Below, in pieces: positions 26,140 through 40,534 of a DNA stretch of 64,000 nucleotides (position 1 is the stretch's first letter; each line of letters begins with the position of its first letter). Origin of the DNA: Eledone cirrhosa (taxonomy: Eukaryota). The stretch lies in contig OZ024743.1 of assembly GCA_964016885.1 (NCBI GenBank), positions 91,264,001 to 91,328,000 on the forward strand, read 5' to 3'. Made by a program: the position numbers and the translations under genes. Below the pieces are notes generated by a model that made no database searches, was not told the DNA's origin, and saw only the letters and a list, made by a program, of their open reading frames with translations.

Positions 26140-28998
26140 TTTTGAGTATATGTTGGTTGTATACCAACACCTCAGTATGCAGGCTGGAGCACTCAACGAA
26201 GTGCGCAGGTTGGTTTGGTTACTCCGGAGTAATGTAAAATAAAGTTAAATAAAATATATATATATATATATTTATATACACAAGTGGGTGCTGAAAAGTT
26301 ATATATATATTTATTTATAAACTATCTATGTAGTACTAATATCACTATAAAATACACCCAGTATAAGTGGTTGATATTATGAAGGGCATCTAGCTGTAGA
26401 AACCATGCCAAAAATACAATGTATATGTGTGTTTTATTATATAAAGCTGTCCCCACAACCCAGTACTGGCTCTCACTCGCTCCTTTACTCCCTGAGTAAT
26501 CACTCTAACAAGCAATAAGTAGTTACCACTGCTCCAACTGTGCCACTTTTAATATGCTCTCACTTCCCTCATCACTCCTATCACTGCCTTTTCCTAAATT
26601 TGTAATGATGATGATAATACATACGAGTGTATATGATCTGCTACACCAGATAGCATACCATGACTGAATAGGGTTGTTTTAGTATATTGAAATTATGTAA
26701 TATTTGCATTTACTCGATAGAGTGTGTAGCTCAAAGATCAGAGAATCACTCCAGCTAGAGCTGTTACTTCTCCGAATTGAGAGATCACAGCTCCGATATT
26801 ACAGGCATGTCTCACTAAAGAAACGCTAGACATATTTTATGGGCAAAATCAACCAGCAGGAGGCCCAGGGGTAAACCCCGAGCAAGATGGTTGGATAACA
26901 TCTATGAGCTTGGCTGGTCTCGCTTGGGGATCCAGCCGGATCAGTTGGAGATGGTTGTTTCTGACAGGATCCGTTGGAAGGAGTGTTTGAGGACTCTTCC
27001 CCACGATCCTCCCAGGAATAAGTAGGTAAAAAAGAAGAGGAAAAAAAAAAATAGTGAAAGTAAGGAAAAGGGGTTAGGGAGAGTCAGACCCTTCATCCCA
27101 GTCTAGGCGGTATATCTCAGTTGCATCCTGCAGATAAAATGGTGAAGGTATTGCTACAGAGAACCTCCAGCAACACCCACTACATCAGCCACTCCATTTC
27201 ACAGGGCACCTTCCTCAAGGAGGATGCACTCCTCTCATATAGCTGGGATCGTACAATATATAAAAAAATTACTATAAAAAAAAAGACAAATATTTTTTAA
27301 AAATATTGTTATATTTGAAGAGGGTCATGTTGTCCTAATGTTGCCAAAAATAGTAAAACACTGTTTGGTTTAGTTTTCACTTCAGTGTATTTTTATACTT
27401 CTATAAATGATTTAGCTGGCAATCAATTTTTATTATTGATTGACCAACAGTTAAAAATACAAATATAAATATAATTTCTCAAAGTTCTTTTGTCACACAT
27501 TTTTCTGTGATATCACAGATTATTCAAATGTTTGTAGTATCTTTATTAGTAGACAGATCATTGTGAAAATTTGCAGTAAACTAAACTAAAAACTTTAATT
27601 TTTAATGTAATGCAGTCATAGTTCTGTTTTGTATAATATTTTTCAAGAATGTCTTACTAATGTGGTTTCATGCAGTACAGGATGTTAAGAGTTAATCTAA
27701 TTAATATATATATTTTTTTCAATTCTTATCCTACTTATAATGTTTTTTTATATTACTTATATCATTTGTTGTTTGATATTTTTTCTTTTGGCATATTTTG
27801 CATATATTTTTTTTCTTCAGTTTGCAGTACAATACCGAATTTTAGAAAACCCCGGCGCTCTGCAGGTATGAGAACTACCTGCACCCCACTGCCTGTTGCT
27901 TATTGTTTATATATATATATATATACAAAATATGGAACAGTTTTGGTTATTTATTTAAATCAGTTTCTTTTTCTTTTTTCTATTTTTTCACCCAAGATAT
28001 ATATACATAGTGTACACAGATTTAATTTAAACAAAGAAAAAATTACAGACCAGAAAACTGCATGGGATTAAATATTATTAGTATATATGTGTGTGTGTGT
28101 GTTTATGTATGTATGCAGGTCAAGTTTAAAATAAGATTGTGTTTAAATAATCTCATATATATAAATATACTGTAGTATAAGTTTGGTAGAAATATCCAAG
28201 GGTAAGAGCACTCAGTCCATAGGACGAGTTAAGTATAAATAGTTACAACAGTGACATATAAAATAAAAATGGCTACCCTCACAGGTTGATTTGAGGTTTT
28301 TAGAAAACTTTCGTTTATTTTCTAAAATCCTCAAATCAACCCGTGGCGGCAGCCATTTTTATTTTATGTAACAGGCTGAATGAGTTAGGGTGTATAACCC
28401 AACAAAACTTAAGTACTTTTATGTGTCACAGTTGTAACTAATTTTATATATATATATAGTTAAAAAGTTTGGCTCCCAACAGAGACCCTGTCCATTTTAA
28501 CCTGATGTTCTCAAGTATCATCAGGGGAGTCAATGAGGTATCCATAGTATATACAGTTAACTTTGCTGATATGTTAGGACTCTACCTTTTAACTTATACC
28601 TACTGTACAATACATTATACATTGATCAATTACTACCCTGATTTGTGGTCTTCTTGACCTTTGAACCATGAACATTTCATATATATATATATATATATAT
28701 GTGTATATATATTTAGATGTGTGTCTGTATATATAAATATGTATATATATATATAAACATACAAACATACATAGATATAAACTTCTGAACACTGTTTTCT
28801 TTTTAGTATTTTTTCTTTTTCATTGTTTTCTCTCCAAATAATTTCTTGCATTACCACCATTGTAGTTCTCTCATTGATATGCCCATTTATTCTCCAGTTA
28901 GCTGTGTGCGTTTTTATTGTAGATTTTGATACAACCAACACCAATTAGTCGGCTGTTGGTCTTTTCTTTGTTTTTTACTTGTCTTCTTTATAGTTGAA

Positions 28999-29030
<32 letters not shown>

Positions 29031-31455
29031 CATCTTCTTCTTCTTTCTATATATATATATATAATTGTTTATGAGTTTTATATCGAATAATAATAATAAT
29101 ATTCGATTCGTTTGCAAGCAAACAGCCTCATTATGCTATGGTTTTTAGATGACCGCTGTCATCCGTGGCATAGAGAAACAGTCAACATGTTTCTGGGTTA
29201 TTGCCCTTTGTTAAGACTGTGAATCTCTTTTTGCCATTCGTTTGAACTGTTGAAAATATATAATATTTTCTAAAGTATACATTGGCTGATTAGCCTTATT
29301 TGCATACTGAGTGATTTTACTACTGGCTTTGCCAAAAATTTAAAACAAAATTCGAATTTGGTTTCTTGCTCTCACATATAAACTCAATATAAAACTCATA
29401 AATACATTTATGTAACCAGCTATGTGAGTGAGAAACCAAATTCTATTTTTGTTTTTATATATAATTGTTCTTTATTGAGAATTGATTATAATCTGTTTAT
29501 TTTTCTATTCTTTGACATAATTTTCTTCTATGTTCTTTACCTTTTGTTTTTCTATTCACATTTGCATGTGTGTGTGTGTGTGTCTGTGTGTGTGTGTGAG
29601 AGAGAGATGAAATGTTTTGTTTTGCCTTCAAATTGAAATATTTAGGGGGAAAAAAAATGGAAATAAAAATGACTGAAAACTACCTTTTATATTTGATTTG
29701 TAATTGGAAATCTCACTGAACTTAAACATTTTATTTACTATAATTTTTCTTGAATAATATATGACTCAATTTGAAAAGGTATTTGTTTGTGTGTGTGTAA
29801 TTGTTTAAAAAAGCAAATATATTAAGGTGGTACCCCAGCATATTTCAGGCAGTTTGATATAAAATATCTTGCTTATTAGACATTTGATATATAACACACA
29901 CTCTCAGATAAAATACAAATAAATAAAAATAAATATCAAATGTAGAGGCATGTGGCCTAGTTGTGGGTTGGGTTGTGTGTTGTGTTCTTGAGCAAAACAC
30001 TTCATTTCACGTTGCTCCTGTATACTTAACTGAAAATAAGTACCAGCAATCCTGTGATGGACTGGCGTCCTGTCCAGGGGGAAGTCTTGTATCTCGGTTG
30101 CTTCACACCACGAAACTGGGATAAGCATTGGCCTGACTAGCCTCCTGTCTTGAGACAGACTTTAGACTAGATTACACTTAGAGATGAGCAAAAGGGAAAT
30201 ACTTTATCCCAGAACTATCTTCCTGAATCCCTTGGTTTCAATTAATTTTGAAAATAATCAAAAATTTGAAATTTAGTTATATAACTAACCTTTTCATTGT
30301 AAAGCTGGTTTTTGGAACATCACTTAACAAAGGTTCTTATATAAAATTATGATGAAAAGTTTTCAAACAAATCTAAACTCTTTTTAAAACAAATTTGGAG
30401 GAATTTAATAATGTAACTAACATTTTCCTTATTAAGCTGGTATTTGGAACATCACTTAATAAAAATTTCTTCAATGTAATTATGGTGGAGAGTTTTGATA
30501 TAAGTATGAACACTTTAAAATGGGCAGTTTTATATTATATAACCAGGGTTGGTTTTAGGTGTGTTGGTAGCAATATATGGAAATTTTCTATAAGATTTTC
30601 TCAAATGATTTAGTAAAAAAATTACCCCTTCTCCCCCAAAGTTGAATTCAAATGTTTATAGTGTCTTCAGAGGGCAAATTGGCAGAGTCGTTTGAATGTC
30701 AGATAGAATGCTTTGTGGTGTTTGTTCCCACTCTCTGAGTTCAAATCCTGCTGAGGTCAACTTTGCCTTTCATTCTATCAAGGCCTAAAAAAAAGTGCCA
30801 GTCAAGTACTGGGGTCGAGTCTTCATTTATATCTCTTTCTCACTTCCTCTCTTTCACTCACCGTCATTCTCTCTTTATCTGGAAAAATCGGTTATGTTCA
30901 GATCTGGAAAGTGATGGGCTCCATCAGGTTTAAATTGACAGTGCCGCTCTGACTTCATCAGGAGTTATGAGTCCATATATATACAGTGTTTTTTATTGGA
31001 CAGATTGTTGTGAAAATTTGCAGTATTAGAGTAAAGACTTCAATTTTTAATGTGGTGCAGTCATAGTGCTGTCCTGCTAATGTGGTTTCATGTGGCACAG
31101 GAGGTTAAGAGTTAACAAAGAAGTAAACAGAGTAAATTGAGGAAATAAACAACACCCCATTCCTTGCTTTTAAAGTAAATTGCTTTTATCCATTAAAAAA
31201 ATTATATTTGGTGAAAAAAAGATTATATATTTGGTTAAAGATAAATTTTTCATTCATTTTTTTAGGTGACTATCTCTGGTCTCATTTTGATTGCACATAT
31301 ATCTTTTGAATATTTTTGGTTTAATAATTATATTCTAGCGTTTTTATATCATTGACACGATGCATTTTTCATGAGTAATTAATTATGCTTTGATCAGTGC
31401 AAAAATTATGAATATTTATTTTATTTGTTTTTGAAATGTTACCTTTCTGTTTTAG

Positions 31456-31539
31456 ATGGAGCTGTTTTGTGCTGTCAACATTCTCCAATTCATCTTCCTT
31501 GCTCTACGACTGGATAATTTCATTTCATGGAACTGGGTG
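31456..31539 (+). CDS. TMEM185: TMEM185 coding exon 4 (MELFCAVNILQFIFLALRLDNFISWNWV)
   Basis: tttag acceptor and gtatgt donor; 84 nt; VNILQFIF.ALRLD motif. Confidence 0.95.
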
Positions 31540-32757
31540 GTATGTGTGACGTGCATTTTTATACTTATCTATTTTAAATTTATACTAATAAAATAATTAT
31601 AATGAAAATTATTGTGTACATTGTTCTGGTGCACTACAACTCATCAAAGGTGCATGTATAGTACATAGAATAATGTATAAATGTGAGGAAAGTGATCAGT
31701 GTATAAGTCATGATATACACTATATACACACATGCATGCATGTGTATGGAGGGAGAATATCAGGTGTAGTGTTGGCGAATTTTGGAAAGCATGGGAGATT
31801 TGAAGGATGCAGTGTCCTGACAGCTAACAACTGATGCAGGTAGTTTCATGCTTCAGGAAGTCTGAGCATGAACAAATATCCCCGAAAGTCGTTGGAACTG
31901 TATTGTTTTCTGATTTTGTAAGCATGTCCACAGGTGTTAGACACATGGAATTCAAAAAGGTGCTTAGGGTTGTTGTTGGAAAGATGGTTAATAATCTTGT
32001 GGGTGTTTACCAAGTCAGTTGCCAAACGTTGGAGCTTTAATGTATCCAAGCCCAGGGAAGCAAGACTTTCAGAGTATGGTAGATGCCTAATTTCATATGG
32101 TGTATCATAAGTGAACTGAGAGAAAAAATTGGCATCAGAGGAAACCGAGAAGCCAGTAGATAATAATTAAAGAATGTAAAATGATATTTCAATATTGGAA
32201 AAGTTATATCCCCTGAAGTAATGCCTTAGTGTTATAAAACCGGTTAAAAGTGTTAGATATGATTATGTCACCTTGATCTTGATGACGTCCATTATTTACC
32301 GACAAGAAACAATAGCCAGATATCTGATATAAATTGAAGTAGTCATACTGTTAATCCTTTCATGATCATATTTCATCTTTCAAAACTTTCATGCTTCTCG
32401 AAATTCACCAACACTTCAACCTGATATTCCCCCTCCATACACTGTTCACTTCCTGATTTTTGTACATTATTCTATTTAATGGCGGTGGATTGGCAGTATC
32501 GGTAGAGGGTCGGACGCCATGCTTTGACTCATAGAGTTACGGCCCTTGCCATTCTGAGTTCAAATCCCGCCGAGGCTAACTTTGCCTTTCATCCTTACGG
32601 GGTCGATAAAATAAAGTACCAGTAATATCATAATGCACTGGGTAATTGCTGGCCTTGTGCCAAAAGTAGAAACAATTATTCTATTTACTGTACATGCACC
32701 TTTGATGAGTTGTAGTGCACTTGAGCACTGTACACAATCATTTTCATTATTATTATT

Positions 32758-33719
32758 GAGCGCCTGAAGACATTCCAGTCTCCAGGCGCTCACAGCCATC
32801 GGCCAATCGGGCAATGTGATCGGTGGAAACTCCACCTCGGCGTTCTATAGAGGATTAGTGGAGGGGAAGAGCGACGACGTACTTGGGGAAACTCTAGGCG
32901 TCGACGAAAATCAACTAGCCAATCTCTTCGGAAGAACTTTCGGGCCGGGACCTATGGACAACTTCCAGAAATCTCTGGCCTGGCAGTGCTACCGAGGAGC
33001 CTTGCCAGTTCGGGATAAACTCTACAGGCATGGAGGTGCTGTCAGCCGGGCATGTCCGAGATGCGCACAGGGCGACGAAACCGTCCTGCACGCACTCGTC
33101 CAGTGTCCGAAAATTGCTGACTTGTGGGTTTATGTCGAACACCTGCTGTCGCGTGTAGGACAGATCCGGCTATCATCTGAGTCCATCGTGAGGATTGCCC
33201 CGCCCTCTTTCTTTAGCCGGGAAGGGCAGGCAGTTTTTATCTGTCTGGTGGCCATGGCGAAAGAGATAGTATGGTGGACACGTTTGAAAGGGCTGAAGAC
33301 GAGCACTTACCTCTTCGGTGATGTCCTGATTAACTTTTTCAAATTTCATTTGAAAAGGAAAATCAGGGTAGAGAGGGAAGTGCTCTCTTCCCAGCATTTT
33401 GTTGAAAGATGGGTGAGAGAAGCAAGAATGGCCCGAGTGAATGGGCCTACTCTGAGTATGTATCTGTAAATTAAAGGTGGAAAACTGGGAGAGGGCACTT
33501 GCCTTGGTGGTCAGGGTCACTGTGGCCTTTTACTGGGCTTTCTCCACAAATGTCCCTCTGAAGTCTCCCCCCTATTGGGGAATTTTTTCATTGTTATTTT
33601 TTTGTTACATCCTCTGTTTTTGTTCTTTACACGCAGAAATGCCCATTTGTACCGTCCTGTATTGTCCTGCACTGTCCTTAATGTCTACTTTATGTAAACC
33701 CTTGTGGTTAATAAAGAAA
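32758..33719 (+). mobile_element. 5'-truncated Tx1/L1-clade LINE with intact ORF2 C-terminus
   Basis: ORF 32816..33469 has a CCHC knuckle, CPRCAQGDETVLHALVQC; 3' UTR ends AATAAAGAAA; 14-bp TSD TCATTATTATTATT at 32744-32757 and 33720-33733. Confidence 0.85.
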
Positions 33720-33734
33720 TCATTATTATTATTA

Positions 33735-34200
33735 AAAGATACTATCTCTGATTTTCAAATAAATTTTGAAAATAATAAAGATTTAGTAAGTAAAAAAAAA
33801 TCTTTATTATATTGTTGTTTGAAATATAACTTTAAGATTCTTACATAAAATTATGATGGAAGTGTTTTAGATAAACATAAACACTTTAAAACAGTGTTGT
33901 ATCGTAGAACTAGGATCGATTTCAGGCAGTTTGGGTAACAAAAGGGTTCATCCTTTTATTACTATATTTCTAATGGAAGACATTGCCTATGATTTTCAAA
34001 TAATTTTGAAAATAATCAAGAATTTTTTAGGACTTATTAATAAAACCTTTTCATTACTAAGCTAGTGTTTGAAATATAACATAAAGGTTCTTACATAAAA
34101 TTATGATGAAAAAGGTTTTAGATAAACATATGCATTTTAAAACAGTTTTGTATTACAGAACCAGAGTTAGTTTTAGGCAGTTTGGTAACAAAAGGGTTAA
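33735..34200 (+). mobile_element. Tandem piggyBac-like MITEs. Also at 30200-30570, 42620-43540, 47928-48571 and 52085-52283
   Basis: TTAACCCTTTTGTTACCATATTTCT...CAAAAGGGTTAA consensus ends and a shared interior GATTTTCAAATAATTTTGAAAAT. Confidence 0.75.
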
Positions 34201-34558
34201 AGGTATTTAGTCAACTTCTAGAAATGTTACTTGTTTAGTCTTCTGCCTTGAATTGTTTCAACAAAATAGACATTTTAATTATTATTGGTGGATTGGCAGT
34301 ATCGGTAGAGCGTCGGACAATCTGCTTTGCGACATAGAGTTACGGCCCTTTACGTCCTTATTTCAAACCTCGCCAAAGTTAGCTTTGCCTTAAAGTACCA
34401 GTAAAGCACTGGTGTTGATTTAATCGATTTTCCCCACCCCCCAAATTGCTGGCCTTGTGCCTAAATCAGAAATGATTATTATTATCATGGAGATTTGGTC
34501 ATGTATCTGTCTCTGTTTTTATCATCATCATTATCATCATTATTATTTTTTCTTCCAG

Positions 34559-34735
34559 ATTGTGTTCATTCCTATATGGATTGTGATGTGTATAGCAATG
34601 ATTGGCATGTTGTATAGGATAATACTAACCATAATCTTGATGAAGTCACCAGATTTAATTCCAGAACAGAGGAGAGGAAACCTTTCTTCTGCTATAGCAT
34701 ATTCATTCCTTGTCATACCATTGTTAACTTTTGAA
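34559..34735 (+). CDS. TMEM185: TMEM185 coding exon 5 (IVFIPIWIVM...PEQRRGNLSSAIAYSFLVIPLLTFE)
   Basis: ttccag acceptor and gtaagt donor; 177 nt; EQRR and PLLTFE motifs. Confidence 0.95.
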
Positions 34736-34907
34736 GTAAGTATTATTTATTGTTTGACATTGTACTCTCCTGTTGTGTGGTAGATTGGAAGAATTAGTAG
34801 AATGTTGGGCAAAAGACCCTGTAATATTTGGTTTTGTCTCTTTACATTGTTTTTGTTCAGATCTCACCAAGGTTGATTTTGTCTTTTATCCTTACCACTA
34901 AGACTAT

Positions 34908-35080
34908 GTGATGCAGTCCAGGTTTCTACCAGGACAGGGCACCAATTTATATGAAATACAGTTCAAGTTTATACCATGGCAGGGCACCAGTTTAGACGAG
35001 ATATAATCCAGGTTTGTACCAAGACACGGCACCAGTTTAAATTAGATGCAGTTCAGGTTTGTGCCAGGACAGGGTGCCAC
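34908..35080. repeat. ~45-bp tandem repeat, 4 copies
   Basis: GATGCAGTCCAGGTTTGTACCAGGACAGGGCACCAGTTTA-like unit. Confidence 0.85.
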
Positions 35081-35732
35081 TGATGCTATCTTCCTAGGGA
35101 GACAATTACAGAAGTTCTTAGTTAAGAGCAATCCACTATATCTAGCATTCATTGGCCTGGATCTTCAGGATTTTGACAAGATAGCATGGTGATTGTTAAA
35201 ACCCTCGCTGTAAATGAGTTGCTTGTGAGTGTTGTGTAAGCCATGTATAGAGATTCCATCAAGAAGAGAGTTAGCAACAAGTTCAGGTAGGTTATAATTA
35301 AAAGAGCTGCGAGGAAAAAAAAACTCGTTATAAGTGGAATCAGATTTAGTGTGGAAACTAGAAACTGGTTTGGACATGGGATGTAGTTGCGTAAAGGAGT
35401 GCTAAGAGATCCCAGTAGAAAGAAATCTGTGGAAGAGGAAGATAGGAGAAGGGTGAAAGCTTATCTGAATAGGTTGAACTTCACGAAGGAGTTGACTAAG
35501 GACCACAGCAAGTGTAGCAAGATGCTGTGTTGGAGAAGGCCTAGCCAATCCATGCAAAACGGACAAGAAAATGATAATGATGTACTATCATAATGTGTGT
35601 GTGAGTGCATGTGGGTGTTTGTGGATGTGTGCACATGCATGTGTGTGTGTATGTGTGAACGTGTGTGCATGCATGAGTGTGTGTATATTTCAGTTGACTT
35701 GTATATAATGCGATGTGGTCTTTCAATTCTAG

Positions 35733-35856
35733 ATTTTACTTGCCAATCGACTTGACAGCGATAACAACTTTAAATATTCAGCTATCACCGTGCCTTTGTT
35801 GATCTCTTTAATGACACTCATATGTATGGCGTTTGGTTGTAAGGGAGGTAACCACT
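35733..35856 (+). CDS. TMEM185: TMEM185 coding exon 6 (ILLANRLDSDNNFKYSAITVPLLISLMTLICMAFGCKGGNH)
   Basis: ttctag acceptor and gtgagt donor; 124 nt; KGGNH motif; not in the ORF track. Confidence 0.93.
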
Positions 35857-37541
35857 GTGAGTAACCAAATTATCTTTTTATTCATTGTCAAATGAATTTT
35901 CATATTCTATTCTACATATTCTATTTTTTCGTGTATAATACGAGAAATATTGATCCAAACTTAAGCCAAAAAAGTAGTGGTTGTATTATATACGTGTACT
36001 TGTTTGTAGAACTTTTCTCTGTACATAAAAATACGCTTTTCAAATGGCAAAATTTCAAATACGCTCACGGTGCTTTGAGACAAAATGCCAAATAATTAAT
36101 TGTTTTACATTCTTTAACTCAAATTGAGATTTCGATGGATACCATGGTACAAGTTTACCAACAAATTTTACATAGATATGGCTGTACTTTAGGCTTGTAT
36201 TATACACAAGGATGTAATTATTCACACCTTTTTAAGCTTCAGAAACAAGGGTAGTACAGGGCTGGATTTAATGGGGGTAAAAGGGGCAATTGCCTTGGGC
36301 CCCTTGCATTCTTTGCTGGATGGTACATCTCATCTATGCTCTGCAGACAAGATGGTGAAAGCATTACTGCATGAAACAGTCAGTCATATCCACTGTATTA
36401 ACCATTCCACCTTATAGTATTGTGCTCCTTCCTTATGTAAGATAACTTCCATTCGATTTTGGGCTGGAAAACAGCAGTACAGGGGGTCAGCTGAGGCTTT
36501 AACTTTTCCATCACTAGAGGTCTTTAGCCAATTTTTATAAGCTAGTCATGTCAAGGGCATGGCAGCCTCTCTAGTGTTGGGGATTTGCATGATAAACTCA
36601 CCCAGTACACACTGAAGAGTGGTTGGTGTTAGGATGGGCATCCAGCTGTAGAAGTCTTGCCAAACAAAGAGTTGGGAGGACCCACAGTTGTGTCAAAAGC
36701 ATGACAACCTCTCCTGAGCACTTGATGGAACGTGAGACTGTACATAAGCGAGACACAAGTCCCTGGCCTACCTGGGAGATCAATGGCTCTTCAGTACTGA
36801 TTTGGTTTATATGGACCTAACCCTAACCCATCCAACCCTTGCTAGCAGGGAAAGCAGATGTTAAAACGACGATGATGATGATGATGATATATTTTAATCA
36901 ATGATGTTCCTGCCACTACTACAGCCAGTCATTGGGGTGCAACTGAAGGCACTTGACTGATTCTGTATCTGTCATGACATTTCAGTGGATCTTAAAAATG
37001 GTTGGTGGTGGCCATCTCCTCTCCAAGTGTGTGTGTGTGTGTATATGTATATATATATATATATATAAATAGAGAGAGAGAGATCTGGTTTAGAATATTG
37101 ACTGAAGAAGTAAAAGAATGTTAGAAACTGCCATATCTGTAGAAAGTCGGATGCCATGCTTTGACGCATAGAGTTACGGCCCTTGCCATTCTGAGTTCAA
37201 ATTGCCTTTCATCCTTACGGGGTCGATAAAATAAAGTACCAGTAATTAATACACTGGGTAATTGCTAGCCTTGTGCCAAAAGTAGAAACAAGTATTATTA
37301 TTATTATTATTTTAGTGTGAAGGCGGTGGATTGGCAGAATTGGTAGAGGGCCGGACGCCATGCTTTGCAGCATAGAGTTACTCCCCTTTACGATCTGAGT
37401 TCAAATCCCGCCGAGGTTAACTTTGCCTTTCATCCCTAAGGGGTCGATCAAATAAAGTACCAGTAATGCACTGGGATAATTGCTGGCCTTGTGCCAAAAA
37501 TTAGAAACAATTATTATTATTTTAATATTGTATTTGTTTGA

Positions 37542-37778
<237 letters not shown>

Positions 37779-38292
37779 TCAGAGACAGCCAAGAGATGGG
37801 GGGCAGAGAGGGAGAGAAAGACACACACAGAGAGAAGTCGTATTGATTTCTCAAAATATGGACTACGTAATGTTGTTTGCAGGATGGTATTTTTTCCCAT
37901 GCCATTCCGAATACACTCATTTATTGTGATATATCTAACCATCAGCTAGCATTTTCGCTTTCTTCCTCTGTAAGATGCTAGTTGTGTCTCTCAACTTAGT
38001 CTACATTCCGATCACTATAGCAAAAAAGAAAAAAAAGAAAACGAAAAAATATACGAACAAAAACACAACAAAAACAAAGCAACTACAACAACAATAAAAA
38101 AAGACGTTGGATTTAAATGAAGTTGGTGAAAGTTATGAAACTGACCAAAACTGATGAGGCATATTTGGTAATCCTTTTTTTTTCTCCTCCCTATTTTTTT
38201 TTACTTTAATTTATTTGATAAAGGCAAAAAGACAATGGATGGTAAGGGAGGGTAAAAATACCAAACATTAAATGTATTATAGTATTTAGTCA

Positions 38293-39462
38293 TGTCTAAC
38301 TGTCTTTCTGTCTGACTGTTTCTCTGTCTAACTGTCTCTCTGTCTAACTGTCTTTCTGTCTGACTGTTTCTCTGTCTAACTGTCTCTCTGTCTAACTGTC
38401 TTTCTGTCTGACTATTTCTCTGTCTCTGTCTAACTGTCTCTCTGTCTGACTGTCTCTCTGTCTACTGTTACTCTGTCTAACTGTTTCTCTGTCTAACCGT
38501 CTTTCTGTCTAACTGTCTCTCTGTCTAACTGTCTCTCTGTCTGTCTTTCTGTCTAACTGTCTCTCTGTCTAACTGTCTTTCTGTCTGACTATTTCTCTGT
38601 CTCTCTGTCCAACTGTCTTTCTGTCTGACTATTTCTCTGTCTCTCTGTCTAACTGTCTCTCTGTCTACTGTTTCTCTGTCTAACTGTTTCTCTGTCTAAC
38701 TGTCTTTCTGTCTAACTGTCTTTCTGTCTAACTGTCGCTCTGTCTAACTGTCTCTCTGTCTAACTGTCTTTCTGTCTAACTGTCTTTCTGTCTAACTGTC
38801 TCTCTGTCTAACTGTCTCTCTGTCTAACTGTTTCTCTGTCTAACTGTCTCTCTGTCTAACTGTTTCTCTGTCTAACTGTCTCTCTGTCTAACTGTCTTTC
38901 TGTCTGACTATTTCTCTGTCTCTCTGTCTAACTCTCTTTCTGTCTGACTATTTCTCTGTCTCTCTGTCTGACTGTCTCTCCGTCTACTGTCTCTCTGTCT
39001 AACTGTTTCTCTGTCTAACTGTCTTTCTGTCTGACTGTTTCTCTGTCTAACTGTCTTTCTGTCTAACTGTCTTTCTGTCTGACTGTTTCTCTGTCTGACT
39101 GTCTTTCTGTCTAACTGTCTCTCTGTCTAACTGTCTCTCTGTCTGACTGTCTTTCTGTCTAACTGTCTTTCTGTCTAACTGTCTTTCTGTCTAACTGTCT
39201 CTCTGTCTGACTGTCTTTCTGTCTTTCTGTCTAACTGTCTTTCTGTCTGACTGTCTTTCTGTCTGACTGTCTTTCTGTCTAACTGTCTTTCTGTCTAACT
39301 GTCTTTCTGTCTGACTGTCTTTCTGTCTAACTGTCTCTCTGTCTAACTGTCTTTCTGTCTAACTGTCTCTCTGTCTGACTGTCTTTCTGTCTGACTGTCT
39401 TTCTGTCTAACTGTCTAACTGTCTCTCTGTCTAACTGTCTCTCTGTCTAACTGTCTCTCTGT
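38293..39462. repeat. 16-bp minisatellite (CTGTCTRACTGTYTYT)n of ~1.17 kb
   Basis: Directly visible; begins ~515 nt after the TMEM185 stop codon. Confidence 0.97.
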
Positions 39463-40534
39463 TTGTTAGTCTCTTTTTCTGATTCTGTTTGTCAGTCTCT
39501 TTCTATGACTCTCTGATTCTCTGTTTGGCAGTTTTTCTCTGTCTGTTAATCTGTCTGTCTCTCTGTCCCTCTCTGTCTGGCAGTCTCTCTCACTCTATAA
39601 ATCTCTTTGTCTATTAGTCTCTCTCTCTGTCCCTCTATATGTCTCTGTCTTTTGCTCTTTCTCTTTCTCTCTTTCACACACACACACTCTCTCAGTCTGT
39701 CTCTCTCCTTTTCTCATCCCTCTCTTTCTGAATTTAAATACTGCTGCTGATGTCCAATTTGCCTTTCAGTCTTGCCCCTCCACCCCCACACACTCTGGTC
39801 AATAAAATAAAACTACTGGTCAAATATTGGAGTGGATAGTGAGATTCATTTGAATCACTTATCCTCTTTGCCTACGAATTTGTCATCACCTTGTGTCAGT
39901 GTAAGGAATTATCTCCCTCCCCTCCAACACATCTATTATTGCTATTGTACATTTTTTAAAAACATTTATTTTGTTTTGTTTTGTTTTTCTTTTTTTTCTT
40001 CTTTTTTTTTTAGATTTTATCTTTTTGAACTTTTTTTTTGTAATCCTGATATTTTCAATGTTGAAAGTAAAAGATAGATTTATTTTCTTTTAATAATCTT
40101 TTCAAAGCAATTGATTGTAAAACTGTTTAGGTTGTCTTGTAATTCTGAATTATAAATAATTTTAGAAAGTTTATGAAGTGTTTGGGAGATTAGATTGAAA
40201 TTTCAAAAATGTGTTTTTGCTGTGGAACAAAGAACTACAACTCATGAATCATCCCTATAAAATAGTTGTGAATAAATCGAGGATGGGGTGGCAGCATAAG
40301 TTCTTGAGGCATTATTTACAAGGATTTATTTCATAGTGGTAATTCATGTCATTGTTCTTTGCTTGGTAACACAAAGATATTTTGTTATTTTAGAAACTTT
40401 GCAAACATGGGTTATTTTGAGTTTGTTTAGTGAAATTTTGGCAATGACACAATATGGTTGTTAATAGGGCAGAGAAATAAATACTTTAGTATTTGTTTCA
40501 GTTCATTACATTCTGAGTTTAAATCTCTTCGAGG

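Noticed and set aside
27840-27885. TAGAAAACCCCGGCG plus TGCAGGTA/TACCTGCA hairpin as a Helentron end
   Set aside because: No matching second terminus found.
28655-28668. DR1 nuclear-receptor-like site TGACCTTTGAACC
   Set aside because: A single short motif is expected by chance in 64 kb, and there is no supporting context.
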